Below, piece after piece: positions 25,932-48,007 of a DNA stretch of 64,000 nucleotides (the stretch's first letter is position 1; each line of letters begins with the position of its first letter). The DNA comes from Candidatus Eiseniibacteriota bacterium. GTDB taxonomy: Bacteria > Eisenbacteria > RBG-16-71-46 > CAVPCR01. A program made the translations under genes and the position numbers. The DNA lies in contig CAWGMA010000003.1 in assembly GCA_963823555.1 (NCBI GenBank), positions 512,001-576,000 of the forward strand, in the 5' to 3' direction. The notes beneath the pieces were generated by a model, which worked only from the letters and a program-made list of their open reading frames with translations, was not told the DNA's origin and did not search any database.

Positions 25932-26007
25932 GCGGGAATAGCTCAGTGGCTAGAGCGTCAGCCTTCCAAGCTGAGGGTCGCGGGTTCGAATCCCGTTTCC
26001 CGCTCCA
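25932..26007 (+). tRNA. tRNA-Gly(TCC)
   Basis: GCGGGAA/TTCCCGC, loop CTTCCAA, CCA end. Confidence 0.97.
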
Positions 26008-26135
26008 TAATTGCTGGGATGGGCGGTGACGCCCGGCTGGCCGAGGTATCTCCCCTGAGGTTGAACGCCAAGTCCACATTGAGTGGCGCACCGCCGGGAA
26101 CGCGTGCTGCGTGCCCGGTGGGCAGGGCCGTCGAA

Positions 26136-26211
26136 GCCCGCGTAGCTCAGTCGGTAGAGCAAGTGCATGGTAAGCACTAGGTCACCGGTTCAAGTCCGGT
26201 CGTGGGCTCCA
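26136..26211 (+). tRNA. tRNA-Thr(GGT)
   Basis: GCCCGCG/CGTGGGC, loop ATGGTAA, CCA end. Confidence 0.95.
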
Positions 26212-26215
26212 GTCT

Positions 26216-26247
26216 GATCGGGTCCGGCACTCATGCCGGACCCGATC
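26216..26247. repeat. Perfect 14-bp inverted repeat after tRNA-Thr
   Basis: GATCGGGTCCGGCA-CTCA-TGCCGGACCCGATC. Confidence 0.85.
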
Positions 26248-26365
26248 CCGAGTCGCGAAGCTCCACTCAGCAAGGGGAGTTTCACCAGGTCAACGGTTCA
26301 GCGCGGACATCGGATTCGAGGCACAGGGACGAGCTGTCCGTGAGTACGTCGGAGGTCGGGTAAAG

Positions 26366-27560
<1,195 letters not shown>

Positions 27561-27608
27561 CGGCGGAGCGAGCCACCGGCCGACGGCGACCGAGGCGGAG
27601 ACCCAGCG

Positions 27609-27758
27609 ATGCGAGATAAGGTCATCCTTGCTTGTAATGACTGCAAGCAAAGGAACTACAACATCACCAAGAACAAGCGGAAGCACCCGGACCGGCTGGA
27701 GCACAAGAAGTACTGCCGGTTCTGCCGCAAGCACACTACTCATCGTGAGACGCGGTAA
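27609..27758 (+). CDS. rpmG: 50S ribosomal protein L33 (Zn-binding type)
   Basis: Hand-translated [49 protein letters not shown]. Confidence 0.95.
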   Translation: MRDKVILACNDCKQRNYNITKNKRKHPDRLEHKKYCRFCRKHTTHRETR

Positions 27759-27940
27759 TGCTTGAGAATGCCAGTGAGTTCATCAAGGAAGTCAGAGTCG
27801 AGTCGACCAAGATCACATGGCCGACCCGGGCGGAGCTGCGCGAATCGACCATCGTGGTGGTCGTCACGGTCGCGATCATCTCCGTCTTCATCGCCATCGT
27901 CGATCGAGCGGTGGGGTTCCTCGTTTCTCTGCTGATCTAG
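27758..27940 (+). CDS. secE: Preprotein translocase SecE
   Basis: EVRVESTKITWPT plus a single TM segment; located before nusG. Confidence 0.92.
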   Translation: MLENASEFIKEVRVESTKITWPTRAELRESTIVVVVTVAIISVFIAIVDRAVGFLVSLLI

Positions 27941-28001
27941 CCAACGGGGTGAAGATGGGCGGACGCTGTCATCAGCCGGTGAGCCGCTCTGGATGGTGAG
28001 A

Positions 28002-28529
28002 ATGACCAAGCAGTGGTACGTGATCCACACCTATTCGGGACACGAGAACAAGGTCAAGATGAATATCGAGCGGGCGGTGACTTCCGCCGGCTTGCAGTCC
28101 TATTTCGGCGAAATCGTGGTTGCGACCGAGGAATTCGCCGAGATGAAGGCGGGAAAGCGCACGGTCTCGAAGCGCAAGACCTTCCCGAGCTATGTGCTCG
28201 TCGAAATGGAACTGAATACCGAGACGCGGGGGCTGGTGACCAACATCCCCGGCGTCACGCGGTTCGTGGGCACCGGCCAGAATCCAACGCCGGTGAGCGC
28301 TTCGGAGATCGATCGCATCAAGGGACGGATCGACGGCACCGACGAGGAGCTGGCGGAGGTTCCGTATCACGCGGGCGACCACGTCCAGGTCATCGATGGT
28401 CCGTTCAGTGACTTCACGGGCGTGGTCGACGAGGTGAACGCGGAGCGGCAGAAGCTCAAGGTCATGGTTTCGATTTTCGGTCGTCAGACGCCTGTGGAGC
28501 TCGATTTCCTGCAGGTCAAGAGTCTCTAG
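28002..28529 (+). CDS. nusG: Transcription factor NusG
   Basis: WYVIHTYSGHENKV, FPSYVLVEM, KOW DGPFSDF, SIFGRQTPVEL. Confidence 0.97.
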   Translation: MTKQWYVIHTYSGHENKVKMNIERAVTSAGLQSYFGEIVVATEEFAEMKAGKRTVSKRKTFPSYVLVEMELNTETRGLVTNIPGVTRFVGTGQNPTPVSASEIDRIKGRIDGTDEELAEVPYHAGDHVQVIDGPFSDFTGVVDEVNAERQKLKVMVSIFGRQTPVELDFLQVKSL

Positions 28530-28669
28530 AGTCTCTAGCGTAACGAAATCTCAAACCTCCGGCTGGCATCGCTGATTGGGAGCGATGTCCCGAGCCGCGA
28601 GGGAGCGGGTTGGCGATGGCGGCGCCGATGGGATGAGCGTCGATCGCACTCCCGCGACGAGGAGATGAC

Positions 28670-29093
28670 ATGGCGAAGAAAGTGGCGGCGCTGGTCAAGT
28701 TGCAGTGTCCGGCCGGGCAGGCTAACCCCTGCCCCGCCGGTCGGCCCGGCCCTGGGGCAGCACGGCGCCAACATCATGGAGTTCTGCAAGGCGTTCAACG
28801 CCCGCACCCAGAGCCAGCAGGGGCTGATCATTCCCGTGGTGGTGACGATCTACTCGGATCGCTCATTCACCTTCATCACCAAGACCCCGCCCGCGGCCAT
28901 TCTGCTCAAGCGTGCCGCCGGCATCGCCACCGCGTCCGGCGAGCCCAACAGGAAGAAGGTTGGAGCCGTGACTCGCCAGCAGGTGCGCGAGATCGCCGAG
29001 CAGAAGATGCCTGATCTGAACGCCAATGACGTCGACATGGCGATGCGGATCATCGAAGGCACGGCCCGTAGCATGGGCATCACCGTCGAGTGA
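28670..29093 (+). CDS. rplK: 50S ribosomal protein L11 (apparent +1 C in the run at ~28726-28729)
   Basis: [19 protein letters not shown] in one frame, [20 protein letters not shown] in the next. Confidence 0.93.
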
Positions 29094-29109
29094 GCGGGGA
29101 GGCGGAGCG

Positions 29110-29814
29110 ATGAAGCACGGCAAGCGTTATAACAAGGCTGTCAACGAAGCGGGTGAGCGGCGCCTGGTCGCGGATCTGGGCGAGGCGCTGTCCATGGTCA
29201 CCAAGATGGCCAACGCCAAGTTCGACGAAACGATCGAGATCTCGGCCAAGCTGGGCGTGGATCCGCGTCACGCCGATCAGCAGGTGCGCGGCACCGTCGT
29301 GTTGCCTCATGGTACGGGCCGCACGGTGCGCGTTCTCGTCATCGCCAAGGGTGAGAAGGTGAAGGAGGCGGAGGCGGCCGGCGCCGACATGACGGGTGGT
29401 GAAGATCTCGTGCAGAAGATCCAGGAAGGCTGGCTCGATTTCGACAAGGTCGTTGCCACCCCGGATGTCATGGGCCAGGTCGGTCGCTTGGGCAAGATCC
29501 TCGGCCCGCGTGGACTCATGCCCAACCCGAAGAGCGGCACCGTCACCTTCGATGTGTCCAAGGCGGTGCGCGATCTCAAGGCCGGGCGCATCGAGTTCCG
29601 AGTCGACAAGGGCGCCAACATCCATGCGCCGCTCGGCAAGAAGTCATTCGATCACGGCAAGCTGCGCGAGAATCTCGAGACGTTCTTGCGCGAGCTCGTG
29701 CGTGCCAGGCCCGCCGCGGCGAAGGGTCAGTACGTGCGCAGTCTGACCCTGAGCGCGACGATGAGCCCCGGCGTGCGGCTCGATGTCAACACGGTATTGA
29801 GCGCGCTCGGATAA
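29110..29814 (+). CDS. rplA: 50S ribosomal protein L1
   Basis: [37 protein letters not shown]. Confidence 0.97.
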   Translation: MKHGKRYNKAVNEAGERRLVADLGEALSMVTKMANAKFDETIEISAKLGVDPRHADQQVRGTVVLPHGTGRTVRVLVIAKGEKVKEAEAAGADMTGGEDLVQKIQEGWLDFDKVVATPDVMGQVGRLGKILGPRGLMPNPKSGTVTFDVSKAVRDLKAGRIEFRVDKGANIHAPLGKKSFDHGKLRENLETFLRELVRARPAAAKGQYVRSLTLSATMSPGVRLDVNTVLSALG

Positions 29815-29919
29815 CCGGGCCCGACGGCGGGGAATTTCACCGCCGCGCTCACCCTGGAGCCGGCGGGAGGCGGTGCGCGATGCTCTGCGAGCGGTTCGCG
29901 CCGCCGAAAAGGAGTGGAG

Positions 29920-30591
29920 ATGCCAACTCAACAGAAGATGGCTGCAATCGAAGAGCTTGTTCGCGAGTGGAGCGGCGCGCGAAGCGTCGTGCTCGCTGAC
30001 TTCATCGGCATGGATGTGGCCACCATCTCCGAGCTCAGGCGCCGCTGCCGGGCCGAGAAGGTGACCTTCCGGGTCGCCAAGAACACGCTTTCGAAGCGCG
30101 CCTTCGAACAGATGGGCATGGGCGAGCTCGGCCCGTTCCTCGAGGGACCGACCGGCGTGGCGGTGACGCACGGCGATGAGATGGCGGCCGTGCGAGTTCT
30201 CACGACCTTTGCCAAGGAGAACGAGAAGCCGCAGCTCAAGGGCGGGATGGTCGAGGGCCGGCTCTATTCTCTCGAAGAGATCAAGGTCCTGGCCAGCTTG
30301 CCGCCGCGCGATCAGCTCCTGGGCCAGCTGCTCATGACCTTCGAGGCTCCGCTGACCCAGGTGATCAGTGCCCTGAGCGGGCTCGCCAGCGATTTCATCT
30401 CGATCATCGATCAACTGGCCGAGCGGAGAGGAGGCGGCGCGGCCGCCCCGACGACGGCTCCGGAAGTGGCCGCTGCCGAGGCGGCGCCCGCGGCCGGCGA
30501 CCCGGAAGCCGGTGAGACGGCGCCGGAGATCGACAGCACCGGGCCTAGCGAGAGCCCGGCTGAAGAGAATGCCGGAGATGCCTCGGCCTAG
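29920..30591 (+). CDS. rplJ: 50S ribosomal protein L10 with acidic C-terminal tail
   Basis: ELRRRCR, VAKNTL, LEGPTGVA, LASLPPRDQLL. Confidence 0.93.
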   Translation: MPTQQKMAAIEELVREWSGARSVVLADFIGMDVATISELRRRCRAEKVTFRVAKNTLSKRAFEQMGMGELGPFLEGPTGVAVTHGDEMAAVRVLTTFAKENEKPQLKGGMVEGRLYSLEEIKVLASLPPRDQLLGQLLMTFEAPLTQVISALSGLASDFISIIDQLAERRGGGAAAPTTAPEVAAAEAAPAAGDPEAGETAPEIDSTGPSESPAEENAGDASA

Positions 30592-30718
30592 TGCCGGAGG
30601 TGTTCTCGGCGGGGCAGTCCCTGGTCGTTCACGGCGGATTCCGAACGCGCGAAGGCGAGGCTGCCAGCACTAAAGGTTCGTTGACCTCAATCACCAACTA
30701 GTCAGGGAGAACCAGGAG

Positions 30719-31099
30719 ATGTCGACCAAGATTGATCAGGTCTTTGAGCTCATCACGGGGATGACCGTCCTCGAGATCAATGACCTCAAGAAGAAGTTCG
30801 AAACGGAGCTGGGAATCACTGCAGCGGCGCCTGTCATGATGGGCCCGATGATGGGTGGTGCCGGCGGCGGTGCGGCGGTCGAGGAGCAGACCGAGTTCGA
30901 TGCCATCCTCACCACTGCAGGCGACAAGAAGATCCAGGTCATCAAGGTAGTGCGCGCCATCACCGGTCTCGGCCTCAAGGAGGCCAAGGACCTCGTCGAC
31001 AACGCGCCCAAGCCGATCAAGGAGAAGGTCGCCAAGGCCGAGGCCATGGACATCAAGGCCAAGGTCGAGGAAGCAGGCGGCGTCGTCGACGTCAAGTAG
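30719..31099 (+). CDS. rplL: 50S ribosomal protein L7/L12
   Basis: [27 protein letters not shown]. Confidence 0.97.
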   Translation: MSTKIDQVFELITGMTVLEINDLKKKFETELGITAAAPVMMGPMMGGAGGGAAVEEQTEFDAILTTAGDKKIQVIKVVRAITGLGLKEAKDLVDNAPKPIKEKVAKAEAMDIKAKVEEAGGVVDVK

Positions 31100-31266
31100 C
31101 AGCGTTGGGGTCGCGCGCGAACGCGCGACCCGGCAGCGGGCGGGCCGGGTCCTGCCCATCGATCAGGCGGTTGCACGCCCGTCTTGTCGGTTGGAGCAAG
31201 GGCCGGACAACTGAAACCCGCAGCGCGTATGCCTAGCGCCGCGATGGCGAGCGGCGAGAAGGGAAA

Positions 31267-39568
<8,302 letters not shown>

Positions 39569-39703
39569 GCTTCGGATACCGCCGGAGGGGGCTGGGGCTC
39601 GGTCCCCGCCGGGCCGGGGGGGCGCCCTCCGCCGGGGCCGGGGGGAAGAGCCGACCGGGAGGTCGGGGCCGCCTGGAATCCCCGGAAAGAAGGGGAATTG
39701 GCC

Positions 39704-39733
39704 TTGACGCTCGTTGACCGGGTTCGATAGTAT
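39704..39733 (+). promoter_or_regulatory. Putative str operon promoter
   Basis: TTGACG-18 bp-TAGTAT. Confidence 0.5.
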
Positions 39734-39851
39734 CCTCAGTCTGCGCCCAGCTGTCGGGCGTAGCTCGGCGTCGAATCGCCGGGGTATCGCCAAGAAAAGA
39801 CGTCAGTTAGCCGGGGCGAGGGATCCTCGCCTCGAGGGAGAGCAAGATCAC

Positions 39852-40229
39852 GTGCCGACCTTGAGTCAGCTCGTGCGCAAGGGTCGCCAGCGCCTGGTGA
39901 ACAAGACCAAGTCGCCGGCGCTCAAAGGTGCGCCACAGAAGCGTGGGGTCTGTACCCGCGTCTACACCACGACGCCGAAGAAGCCCAACTCGGCGCTGCG
40001 CAAGGTCGCGCGTGTGCGATTGACCAACGGGATCGAGGTCACCTGCTACATCCCCGGCGAGGGGCACAATCTGCAGGAGCACTCGATCGTGCTCATCCGC
40101 GGTGGCCGCGTGAAGGACCTGCCGGGGGTGCGCTATCACGTGGTCCGCGGCACCCTCGACGCCTCCGGCGTCGATGGGCGCAATCAGGGTCGTTCCAAGT
40201 ACGGGACAAAGCGCAAGAAAGAGGCTTGA
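39852..40229 (+). CDS. rpsL: 30S ribosomal protein S12
   Basis: GTG start; [20 protein letters not shown]. Confidence 0.97.
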   Translation: MPTLSQLVRKGRQRLVNKTKSPALKGAPQKRGVCTRVYTTTPKKPNSALRKVARVRLTNGIEVTCYIPGEGHNLQEHSIVLIRGGRVKDLPGVRYHVVRGTLDASGVDGRNQGRSKYGTKRKKEA

Positions 40230-40236
40230 TCCAGTC

Positions 40237-40707
40237 ATGCCGAGACGGAGAGTCATCGCTCGTCGCGAGCCACCGCCGGACCCGGTCTACTCGAGCCCGC
40301 TCGTCGCGCGCGTCATCAATAACCTGATGAAGCGAGGCAAGAAGAGCACGGCCGAGCAGATCATGTACGGCAGCCTCAGGATCGTCGAGGACAAGCTCAA
40401 GCAAGACGGTCTTTCCGCGCTCAAGACTGCGCTGAACAACGTCAAGCCCGCGCTTGAGGTGAAGTCGCGGCGTGTGGGTGGGGCGACCTACCAGGTGCCG
40501 GTCGAGATCCGCCCGGACCGGCGAAATGCGCTCGGGATTCGCTGGCTCCTCTCCTATGCTCGCGCTCGGTCGGAGCAGACGATGCAGGAGAAGCTGGCCA
40601 TGGAAATCATCGCGGCCTCCAAGGGGGAGGGGGCTGCGGTGAAGAAGCGGGAAGACACCCATAAGATGGCCGAGGCCAACAAGGCCTTTGCTCACTACCG
40701 GTGGTAA
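40237..40707 (+). CDS. rpsG: 30S ribosomal protein S7
   Basis: [29 protein letters not shown]. Confidence 0.97.
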   Translation: MPRRRVIARREPPPDPVYSSPLVARVINNLMKRGKKSTAEQIMYGSLRIVEDKLKQDGLSALKTALNNVKPALEVKSRRVGGATYQVPVEIRPDRRNALGIRWLLSYARARSEQTMQEKLAMEIIAASKGEGAAVKKREDTHKMAEANKAFAHYRW

Positions 40708-41104
40708 TCCTGCCAAGTCGCTGATAAAGCCCTGCCGCTGTCGCGGAGCCCTGGCGGCTCCAATCCGACGGCGCACTCCGACCGGGCTCCTATAGCGGCT
40801 GCTAGACAACTTACAACCGATTTGTCGTCCCGTGCCGGGCTCAAGCGCTTCCGAGCGCCCATCCCTGAGGCGGGGCGAGCGCGTGAGGGATCCGATCGTG
40901 CGGGCTGGTCCCGCCGAGCGAGCCTCGTCGCGTAACCCAGGTGCCGACGGCGCTGCCTCAGCGGTTCCGGCGTGTCCGAGCCTCGGCTTCGGTGCGCGCT
41001 GCCGCGATGGCTGGCGCGTGGCCGGCGCCATCAATCTTGGATATGCGGTCATCCAGACCGGGCGGCGGACCGATTCGGCCCGCCAGGAGATCGAGGACGT
41101 TCCC

Positions 41105-43174
41105 TTGTCGCGCCAGTTTGCCATCGAGAAGACCCGCAATATCGGCATCATGGCTCACATCGATGCCGGCAAGACCACGCTCACCGAGCGGATCTTGTTC
41201 TATACGGGTCGCATCCACCGGGCCGGCGAAGTACACGATGGCACCGCCACCATGGACTGGATGGAGCAGGAGCGCGAGCGTGGCATCACGATCACCTCGG
41301 CGGCGACCACCACGGTCTGGGACAAGCACTCGGTCAACATCATCGATACGCCCGGACACGTCGACTTCACGGTCGAGGTCGAGCGCTCACTGCGCGTGCT
41401 GGATGGCGCCATCGCCGTCTTCTGCGGTGTGGGGGGCGTGGAGCCGCAGTCGGAGACCGTGTGGCGGCAGGCTGACAAGTACGGGATCCCGCGCATCGCT
41501 TTCGTCAACAAGCTCGATCGCGTCGGCTCGGATTTCGATTTCGTGGTGCGCATGATCCGGGAGCGTCTGGGCGCGCGGCCGGTGCCGGTGCAGATGCCGA
41601 TCAAGATGGGCGACATGTTCCAGGGGCTCATCGATCTGGTCGAGATGAATTACACGGTCTACTTCGAGGAAGGCACCGAGACCCGCATCGTGAAAGAGCC
41701 GATTCCCAAGGATCTGATCGCGCAGGCCAATGATGCGCAGCACGCTCTCCTCGATGAGGTGGCCGAATTCTCCGACGAACTGACGGCGGCCTACCTCGAG
41801 GGCGGCGCGATCCCTCCGGCGCTCATCAGGGAAGCGCTCCGCCGGGGGACTCTGGCCACGAAGATCGTGCCTGTGTTCGGCGGCTCCGCGTTCAAGCACA
41901 AGGGAGTGCGCAAGCTCCTCGACGGTGTGGTTGATTACTTGCCATCGCCGATCGATGTCCCTCCCGTCGTCGGACACGCGCCCTCTTCGGAAGAGGAAGT
42001 GATGCGCCGTCCGAGCGATGACGAGCCCTTCTCAGGCCTCGCCTTCAAGGTCATGACCGACAATTTCGTCGGGCGCCTGGTCTTCCTCCGGGTCTATTCC
42101 GGTCGACTGGCCTCGGGCTCCTCGGTGTGGAACTCGGCGACCCAGAAGGTGGAGCGGGTCGGCCGCCTGGTGCGCATGCACGCCAACAAGCGCGAGGATG
42201 TCGAAGAGGTCTGCGCCGGCCAGATCGTCGCCGCGGTGGGCCTGCGCCGCGTGTCGACCGGGGACACGCTGGCCGACCCCCAGCATCCGGTCGTGCTCGA
42301 GTCCATGAATTTCCCGGAGCCGGTGATCGCGGTGGCCATCGAGCCCAAGACCAAGGTCGACGAGGAGAAGCTGGCCAACGCCCTGCAGAAGCTGGCCGAG
42401 GAGGATCCGACCTTCCGCATCAAGGTGGATGAGGATTCCGGCCAGACCATCATCTCGGGGATGGGCGAGCTTCATCTGGACATCATCACCGATCGCATGC
42501 GCCGCGAGTTCCGCGTTGAAGCTGCGGTCGGGAAGCCCCAGGTCGCGTACCGCGAGACGATCACCCGAGCGCTCGAGCATCGCGAGCGGTATGTGAAGCA
42601 GTCCGGCGGCCACGGGCAATTCGGCGATGTCTCGATTCGCATCGAGCCCAACCCCGGGCACGGGTACGTCTTCATCGACAAGATCGTGGGGGGCGCGATT
42701 CCCCGCGAGTACATCCCGGCAGTGCAAAAGGGCGTGCACGACGCTCTGGAGAGCGGCGTGCTCGCTGGCTTTCCGGTTGTCGACGTCAAGGTCACCTTGA
42801 TTGACGGCAGCTATCACGAAGTAGACTCGTCGGAAATGGCCTTCCGCGTCACCGGCCAGCGCGCGGTGCGCGAGGCGCTCGGCAAGGCCGGCCCCCAGCT
42901 CCTGGAGCCGATCATGGAGGTGGAGGTGGTCGTTCCCGAGGAGTACATGGGTGAAGTCATCAGCGATTTGAGCTCGCGGCGCGGGCGTATCACCGGGATG
43001 TTCCGCCGGAACGATGCGCAGGTGGTGGTGGCTCATGTGCCACTCGCCGCGATGTTCGGTTATGCGACGGACCTCCGTTCCGCCAGTCAGGGACGGGCGG
43101 TCTACACCATGCAGTTTGCCCGCTACGAGGCGGTACCAGAGGGAGTGGCCCAGACACTGGTCTCGGCCCGCTAG
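41105..43174 (+). CDS. fusA: Elongation factor G
   Basis: TTG start; [40 protein letters not shown]. Confidence 0.97.
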   Translation: MSRQFAIEKTRNIGIMAHIDAGKTTLTERILFYTGRIHRAGEVHDGTATMDWMEQERERGITITSAATTTVWDKHSVNIIDTPGHVDFTVEVERSLRVLDGAIAVFCGVGGVEPQSETVWRQADKYGIPRIAFVNKLDRVGSDFDFVVRMIRERLGARPVPVQMPIKMGDMFQGLIDLVEMNYTVYFEEGTETRIVKEPIPKDLIAQANDAQHALLDEVAEFSDELTAAYLEGGAIPPALIREALRRGTLATKIVPVFGGSAFKHKGVRKLLDGVVDYLPSPIDVPPVVGHAPSSEEEVMRRPSDDEPFSGLAFKVMTDNFVGRLVFLRVYSGRLASGSSVWNSATQKVERVGRLVRMHANKREDVEEVCAGQIVAAVGLRRVSTGDTLADPQHPVVLESMNFPEPVIAVAIEPKTKVDEEKLANALQKLAEEDPTFRIKVDEDSGQTIISGMGELHLDIITDRMRREFRVEAAVGKPQVAYRETITRALEHRERYVKQSGGHGQFGDVSIRIEPNPGHGYVFIDKIVGGAIPREYIPAVQKGVHDALESGVLAGFPVVDVKVTLIDGSYHEVDSSEMAFRVTGQRAVREALGKAGPQLLEPIMEVEVVVPEEYMGEVISDLSSRRGRITGMFRRNDAQVVVAHVPLAAMFGYATDLRSASQGRAVYTMQFARYEAVPEGVAQTLVSAR

Positions 43175-43230
43175 CCCGTAATTGGGCGCCGCCGCGGGCG
43201 GCGGCCCGCGGTTCCTGAGGAGGCATCGGA

Positions 43231-44424
<1,194 letters not shown>

Positions 44425-44445
44425 CGGCGGAGGGGGATGAAGGCC

Positions 44446-44760
<315 letters not shown>

Positions 44761-44792
44761 GCGAGGTTGGGGCGGACCAGGAGGAGAGGGCG

Positions 44793-45506
44793 ATGCCGGG
44801 CCTGATTGTCAGGAAGGTGGGCATGACCCAGGTGTTCGAGCCGGACGGCAAGGTGGTCCCGGTGACCATCCTGCACGCCGAGTCGAACGTCGTCGTTCGC
44901 ACGCGTACGAAGGAGACGGACGGCTATACGGCCGTTCAGCTCGGCGCCGGGACACGGAAGCCCAAGCACACGACGAAGCCGCTTGCCGGCTACTTCAAGG
45001 CGCAGGGTGTGGAGCCCAGGCGGAAGCTGCGCGAGTTCCGGGTCGCCGACCCGGCATCCGTGACGGTCGGTCAGGATATCACCGTCGAGCAGTTCCAGCC
45101 CGGAACGCTGGTCGATGTCACCGGCAGCTCCAAGGGCAAGGGGTTCCAGGGCGTCATGAAGCGCCACAACTTCGTCGGCGGGTACGACAGCCACGGCTCG
45201 AAGACCGGGCGGATGCCCGGATCGGTCGGCATGAGCGAGGACCCGAGCGAGGTGTGGAAGGGCACCAAGCTGCCTGGACGCATGGGCGGCGTGCGGACGA
45301 CGGTGCGCAATTTGAAAGTGGTCGGCATCGACCCCGAAGCCAGTCTCATCTGGCTCGAGGGCGCGGTGCCGGGGGCGATGAACGGCACGGTGATGATGCG
45401 CCCGGCGATCGCGGCCAACGAGCGGCGGCGGCGGCGGGCGGCCGGTATCAAGGTCGAGCAGCCTACCAAGAAGAAGGGCGGCGTGATCGCGCCCAAGAAG
45501 AAGTAG
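44793..45506 (+). CDS. rplC: 50S ribosomal protein L3
   Basis: KVGMTQVF, SKGKGFQGVMKRHNF, LPGRMG. Confidence 0.96.
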   Translation: MPGLIVRKVGMTQVFEPDGKVVPVTILHAESNVVVRTRTKETDGYTAVQLGAGTRKPKHTTKPLAGYFKAQGVEPRRKLREFRVADPASVTVGQDITVEQFQPGTLVDVTGSSKGKGFQGVMKRHNFVGGYDSHGSKTGRMPGSVGMSEDPSEVWKGTKLPGRMGGVRTTVRNLKVVGIDPEASLIWLEGAVPGAMNGTVMMRPAIAANERRRRRAAGIKVEQPTKKKGGVIAPKKK

Positions 45507-45512
45507 GAAGCC

Positions 45513-46139
45513 ATGGACGCCAAGCACTTCAATGCACAGGGTGAGGAGCAGGGGACGATCGAGCTCCCGGTCTCCGTGTTCGGTCAGCCGGTCCATGAGC
45601 ACGCCATCTGGGAGGCGGTGCGGATGTACCTGGCCAATCAGCGCCAGGGCACGTCATCGGTCAAGAACCGCTCGGCCGTCTCCGGCGGCGGCCGGAAGCC
45701 GTGGCGCCAGAAGGGAACCGGCCGCGCCCGCTCGGGATCGACCCGTTCGCCGCTGTGGAAGCATGGGGCGCGGGCGTTCGGTCCGCGGCCTCGCGACTAC
45801 AGCTACCGGATTCCACGCAAGATCCGCGCGCTCGCGCTACGCTCCGCCCTTTCGGCGCGTGCCGCCGATCTCGCTGTGGCGGTCGTCGACCCGCTCGATT
45901 TCGACAAGCCGCAGACGCGGGGGATCGCCGGGCTCTTGAAGAAGATCGGCGTCGAGGGCAAGAGCTGTCTGCTGGTCCTCGGCGATCACAAGAAGAACAC
46001 CTACATGTCGGCGCGGAACATTCCCCGGGTGAACACCATCGAGGTCCGGGAGCTCAATCCCTACGTCGTCATGCAGAGCGAGACGATCCTGTTCGAGACC
46101 AGCGGGCTCGCCAAGATCGAGGAGGTCGTTGGCGCATGA
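45513..46139 (+). CDS. rplD: 50S ribosomal protein L4
   Basis: GGGRKPWRQKGTGRARSGS. Confidence 0.96.
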   Translation: MDAKHFNAQGEEQGTIELPVSVFGQPVHEHAIWEAVRMYLANQRQGTSSVKNRSAVSGGGRKPWRQKGTGRARSGSTRSPLWKHGARAFGPRPRDYSYRIPRKIRALALRSALSARAADLAVAVVDPLDFDKPQTRGIAGLLKKIGVEGKSCLLVLGDHKKNTYMSARNIPRVNTIEVRELNPYVVMQSETILFETSGLAKIEEVVGA

Positions 46140-46426
46140 AAGACCCCCGACAGATCGTGCAGCGACCCCTGATCACGGAGAAGGGCGCTCAGCTTCGGGA
46201 GAAGCAGAACGTCTACTTCTTCGCGGTCGCTCCGCACGCCAACAAGATCGAGATCCGCCAGGCAATCGAGGAGATCTTCAGCGTCAAGGTGACCGGCGTA
46301 CGCACGATCAAGTACAAAGGTAAGCCGAAGCGCCTCGGGCGCTATTCCGGATTCCGCTCGGCCTGGAAGAAGGCGATTGTCACGCTCCAGCCGGGTCAAA
46401 CGATCGAGCTCTTCGAGCAGGTGTAG
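46136..46426 (+). CDS. rplW: 50S ribosomal protein L23
   Basis: RPLITEK, ANKIEIRQAIE, WKKAIVTL. Confidence 0.95.
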   Translation: MKDPRQIVQRPLITEKGAQLREKQNVYFFAVAPHANKIEIRQAIEEIFSVKVTGVRTIKYKGKPKRLGRYSGFRSAWKKAIVTLQPGQTIELFEQV

Positions 46427-46432
46427 GACGCC

Positions 46433-47272
46433 ATGGCCATCAAGAAATTCAACCCGATCACCCCGACGCTGCGCTTCCGCACGGTTTCCGCGTTCGAGGA
46501 GATCACGAAGACCGGGCCCGAGCGCTCGCTGGTCGAGGGTCTGCGCCGCACCGGCGGCCGCAATAACAAGGGCAACGTGTCGGCGCGCCATATCGGCGGC
46601 GGGCACAAGCGGCTCTATCGGATCATCGACTTCAAGCGCAACAAGAAGGAAGTGCCGGCGCGCGTCAAGACCATCGAGTATGACCCCAATCGCTCGGCAC
46701 GCATCGCCCTTCTCGCCTATGCCGATGGCGAGAAGCGCTACATCCTGGCGCCGCACGGCCTCGCCGTCGGGGACATGGTGGTGGCGAGCGATGCCGAGAA
46801 CGTGGATATCCGGCCGGGGAACGCCATGCCGCTGCGCCGCGTGCCGCTCGGCGCCAGCGTGCACAACGTGGAGCTGGCACCGGGCAAGGGCGGCCAGGTC
46901 GCGCGCTCGGCGGGTACCTATTGCCAGCTGGTCGCCAAGGAAGGGAAGAACGCGCTTCTCCGCCTGCGTTCGGGCGAGGTGCGGAAGTTCAACCTCGAGT
47001 GCATGTGCACCATCGGCCAGGTAGGCAATCTGGATCACGAAAACATCGTGTGGGGCAAGGCCGGCCGCAGTCGCTGGCTCGGTAAGCGGCCGCACGTGCG
47101 CGGCGTGGCCATGAACCCGGTCGACCACCCGATGGGAGGCGGCGAGGGCAAGAGTTCTGGCGGTCGCCATCCGTGCAGCCCCAAGGGAATTCCGAGCAAG
47201 GGCTTCAAGACACGCAAGAAGAAGCCATCGGACAAGATGATTGTCACTCGCCGCGGCAAGAAGCGCGGTTAG
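46433..47272 (+). CDS. rplB: 50S ribosomal protein L2
   Basis: [25 protein letters not shown]. Confidence 0.97.
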   Translation: MAIKKFNPITPTLRFRTVSAFEEITKTGPERSLVEGLRRTGGRNNKGNVSARHIGGGHKRLYRIIDFKRNKKEVPARVKTIEYDPNRSARIALLAYADGEKRYILAPHGLAVGDMVVASDAENVDIRPGNAMPLRRVPLGASVHNVELAPGKGGQVARSAGTYCQLVAKEGKNALLRLRSGEVRKFNLECMCTIGQVGNLDHENIVWGKAGRSRWLGKRPHVRGVAMNPVDHPMGGGEGKSSGGRHPCSPKGIPSKGFKTRKKKPSDKMIVTRRGKKRG

Positions 47273-47283
47273 GGAACGGAATC

Positions 47284-47568
47284 ATGGCACGTTCGGTCAA
47301 AAAGGGTCCGTACATCGACCAGACGCTCTTCGCCCGCGTTCAGCTGATGAACCGGAAGAACGAGAAGAAGGTGCTGAAGACGTGGGCGCGCCGCTCGACG
47401 ATTCCACCCGAGTTCGTCGGGCACACGCTCGCCGTGCACAACGGCAACAAGTTCATCCCGATCTACGTGACCGAGAACATGGTCGGGCACAAGCTAGGCG
47501 AGTTCTCGCCGACCCGCCTCTTCCGCGGGCACACGAGCAAGACCGAGAAGAAGTCGGCCCGCAGCTAG
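47284..47568 (+). CDS. rpsS: 30S ribosomal protein S19
   Basis: [22 protein letters not shown]. Confidence 0.97.
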   Translation: MARSVKKGPYIDQTLFARVQLMNRKNEKKVLKTWARRSTIPPEFVGHTLAVHNGNKFIPIYVTENMVGHKLGEFSPTRLFRGHTSKTEKKSARS

Positions 47569-47597
47569 CGGCCGCTGGACCTGAGAGAGTATCGGAT

Positions 47598-47987
47598 ATG
47601 GAGGCCAGAGCGATCACCCGCTACGTGCGCTGTTCGCCCCGCAAGGCGAATCTGGTGCTCGAGATGATTCGCGGGTGCAACGTCGAGCATGCCGCTGATC
47701 TCCTCAGCTTCACTCCCAAGCGCGTGGCGAAGACGATCAACAAGACCCTGCAGTCGGCGGTGTCGAACGCGATGAAGGACGAGAACAAGATCGACTTGGG
47801 CGACCTCGTCGTGAAGACCGCCATCGTCGGCGACGGTCCCACGATGAAGCGGTTCCGGCCGCGCGCCCAGGGTCGTGTCTATCCGATTCTCAAGCGCATG
47901 AGTCACATCACCATCGTGGTGGCGACCAAGGACGAGATGCCCCGCGCCAAGCGGCGCCCGGGGCGTGCGGCCGCAACCAAGGGTTAG
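47598..47987 (+). CDS. rplV: 50S ribosomal protein L22
   Basis: [29 protein letters not shown]. Confidence 0.96.
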   Translation: MEARAITRYVRCSPRKANLVLEMIRGCNVEHAADLLSFTPKRVAKTINKTLQSAVSNAMKDENKIDLGDLVVKTAIVGDGPTMKRFRPRAQGRVYPILKRMSHITIVVATKDEMPRAKRRPGRAAATKG

Positions 47988-48007
47988 GCGGTTCAAGGAG
48001 CGAGTCT

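Noticed and set aside
26022..26095. tRNA-sized segment closed by GGCGGTG/CACCGCC with a D-arm-like GCCCGGCTGGCCGAGG
   Set aside because: No anticodon stem, no TTCRA T-loop and no CCA; at most a spacer hairpin.
26166..26176. A32 in the tRNA-Thr(GGT) anticodon loop
   Set aside because: ATGGTAA loops are known in bacterial tRNA-Thr(GGT).
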